Both the position numbers and the translations under genes were made by a program. A stretch of DNA of 32,000 bases from Mycoplasma mycoides subsp. capri (GTDB lineage Bacteria; Bacillota_I; Bacilli_A; Mycoplasmatales; Mycoplasmataceae), in contig NZ_CP065581.1 of the NCBI RefSeq assembly GCF_018389705.1, positions 900,001 to 932,000 of the forward strand, in the 5' to 3' direction. Shown in pieces: positions 29,690 to 32,000 of this stretch (positions are counted from its first letter, which is position 1; every line of letters starts with the position of its first letter). The notes below the pieces were generated by a model. The model searched no databases and had not been told where the DNA came from. It saw only the letters and a list, made by a program, of their open reading frames with translations.

Positions 29690-30700
29690 CTATCTTTGTC
29701 TTAATAATGTATCTTGAACTGAATTAGCCATTAATTGAATAGAAGTAGTTACTAATATTAACATAAATGAAGGAATTAAAACATATCTAGGAAATACAGT
29801 AAAGTTTTTAGATCCATCACTAATTAAATTACCTAAAGTTGCAACATTTGGTATTGATAATCCAATAAATGCTAAAGAAGTTTCAGAAAGTATAATTCCT
29901 GGAATATGAAACACAATTTCAGTAATTAATAAAGGTATTAAAACTGGTAAATAGTTTAATAAAACTTTATAAGTTGGAGTTCCTAAAACTTTTGAAGCAC
30001 TTACTCATTCAAATGATTTTGCTCTTAAAACTTGTGAACGCATTTGATTTGCAATTCCTGTTCAAGAAGTAAAAGATAATGCAAATACCATAACTCAAAA
30101 TGTAGGTTTAATAATAATAGTAATAGTAATCAAAATAATAATAGAAGGTACATTTGAAATAATTTTAATAATAAAAGTCATTAATTTATCAAATATACGA
30201 AAATGACCCATCATAATTCCAATAAATAACCCAATAATTACTTGAATAAAAGTAGCTACAACAGATAAAGTTAATGAATATCTTAATCCATGTCATAATC
30301 TAGCTCATAAATCTCTACCTAATGCATCAGTTCCTAAAATATGACCATTAGTAAAAAATGTTTCATTTCTATTTTCTACATCAATTATTAATGGATCTTT
30401 TGTAGTTAAAGGAATAATTAAAGATAAAACAATTAAAGTTGCTAAAATAACAAATCCAAATACTCCAGCAAATGATCTTGAAAAACGATAAAAGAATTCT
30501 ATAAAAGCATTTTTTTGATTATGCATTTTACTTGTTTCACTAAACTCTAATAAATTACCAACTAGTTGTCATTGTTGATGAGCTAACGGACGTAAAATTT
30601 TATTTGGTGCTAAATCAGATCCGCTAATATTTGTTGGACTTAATTCTGCTCTTTTTTTACGATAATGTCAGTTTTTAAATAATTGAGGTAGTTTTATCAT
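29690..30700 (-). CDS. oppC: Oligopeptide ABC transporter permease OppC (336 aa)
   Basis: ATG at 30700, directly after the oppB stop. Track ORFs 30305-30526 and 29690-29914 are in frame. I translated the N-terminal 58 aa and found only TGA. TAG stop at 29690. Confidence 0.85.
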
Positions 30701-30701
30701 A

Positions 30702-31775
30702 TTAAGCTTTCTTTCTTACTCTTGGATCAATTACTTTATATAAAGCATCACGACATGTATATGACAAAATAGTTAGTAATGAAAATAGAGTTACCATAAA
30801 TAAAATAATATTAAAATCTTTTGAAGTAATTGCATTTAATAACAACCCACCAGATCCAGTAATAAAGAAAATTTGTTCAATAAATAATGAACCAATAAAA
30901 CTTCCAAAAATTACTACTGGAAAAAAGGTTGCTATTGGAAACAAGGCTGGTTTTAAAGCATGAGTTCAAACAAATCTACGTTTAGTGATTCCTTTTAAAT
31001 AAATAAATTTACAATGTTGAGAATTTAATTCTCTATTTAGTTCAGTTCTAATATATTTAATATAAACAATAATAGAACCAAGAGATAATGAAAACCCTGG
31101 AAGAATATATGATGCTAAATTAGCTTGATCAAAAATATAAGGTATTCCAGCTGATCGGCCTAATAATAACAATCATAAAGCAAATACTAATGATGGGATT
31201 GATGAAAAAATTGAAACTAACACAGTTGCAATATGATCTGGTAATTTATCTGGATTCATACCAACATAAACTCCTAAAGGTATACCAATTAGTAAAGTTA
31301 ACATTACTGAAAATATACCAATTAAAAAGCTTTTATAAAATCTTACTCAAACAAAGTCATTAATTTTTTCACCAGGAAAAACTGATAAACTAATTCCAAA
31401 ATCAAAATGTAAAATGTTATATAAATAAATTCCATATCTAACAAGTAATGGTTGATTTAAACCATAATGCTCTTCAACAGCAGCCTTAGCAGCTTCATCA
31501 AGTCCAGCAGTTAAACCAGTTCCACCTGGTACTGAGTTAATTAAAAAGAAAGTAGCAGTAATAACAATAAAAGCAACAACAAAAAACTCTATAAATATTC
31601 AAATTGTTCTTAGTAATGAAGAAATTCAAGGTGTTTTGATGTTAAAAATACGTTTATGTCAGGAAATATCGTATTTTATTTTGTTACTAAAATCTACATG
31701 TTGTTTATGCTCTATAGCATTTTTTGGTAATGTAGATAAATCATCAACAAAATTAGATGTTGTTTTTGATTTCAT
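30702..31775 (-). CDS. oppB: Oligopeptide ABC transporter permease OppB (357 aa)
   Basis: ATG at 31775 with a strong AAGGAGA SD. Track ORFs 30966-31172 and 30702-30944 are in frame. The sequence is typical of binding-protein-dependent permeases. Confidence 0.85.
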
Positions 31776-32000
31776 TATTCTGTCTCCTTAATATCAGTTG
31801 GTAATTTTGGACTTGGTGGAAAGGCTGTATCGTATGCAAATTGTAATGAATAAGTAAATAGATTATCACTTCCATTTACTCTTGAAATTTCTCAATATGT
31901 ATCAACTTCCATTAAAGGAACAACTGGAGCTGCATCACGAATAATTTTTTCTAAAGCTCCAATAATTCCAAATGATGATTGTTCAGTTCATTTTTCTTCA
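31775..32000 (-). CDS. oppA: C-terminal end of the oligopeptide-binding lipoprotein OppA (5' part outside the window)
   Basis: The open frame reads ...EEKWTEQSSFGIIGALEKIIRDAAPVVPLMEVDTYWEISRVNGSDNLFTYSLQFAYDTAFPPSPKLPTDIKETE and ends in TAATG overlapping the oppB start. The assignment rests mainly on operon position. Confidence 0.6.

Noticed and set aside
1-32000. Apparent massive pseudogenisation, with most genes split into 60-300-aa fragments
   Set aside because: All breaks are TGA codons in a continuous frame. TAA/TAG occur only at the true gene ends. This is explained by genetic code 4.

Overview
This is a very AT-rich, gene-dense Mollicutes-type chromosome segment. By inference from gene content and codon usage it comes from a Mycoplasma of the mycoides/capricolum type. 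It has to be read with genetic code 4 (TGA = Trp). Most long genes are cut by in-frame TGA codons, so the supplied standard-code ORF track shows them only as pieces or not at all; the pieces re-join in one frame. I re-joined them by hand and checked frames and TAA/TAG stops. All coordinates are manual and no database search was possible.

Layout, left to right:
- Minus strand: PTS EIICB (partial), MFS transporter, tandem-domain lipoprotein, alpha/beta hydrolase, MFS-like membrane protein, threonine dehydratase.
- Then tatD (+), an ABC-F ATPase (-) and plsY (-).
- A small membrane protein (+), then an A18 homopolymer.
- A galU plus membrane-embedded GT2 synthase pair, then an S41 peptidase and tRNA-Lys(CUU).
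- The run ribF-like, nfo, lipoprotein, nusB, xseA, xseB, tlyA (+).
- Convergent coaE preceded by a small DUF4258-like ORF (-).
- An AAA+/DUF4143-type ATPase (+) bracketed by ~120-bp direct repeats and four copies of a ~60-bp unit.
- A ~1.2-kb repeat- and hairpin-rich gap with no supportable gene.
- The oppABCDF operon on the minus strand (oppA partial).

The most unusual part is 23.9-26.9 kb, which holds the small toxin-like ORF, the repeat-bracketed ATPase, the degenerate tandem array and the duplicated terminator. Next is the A18 tract upstream of the polysaccharide-synthesis pair. I found no CRISPR array, transposase, rRNA or prophage.
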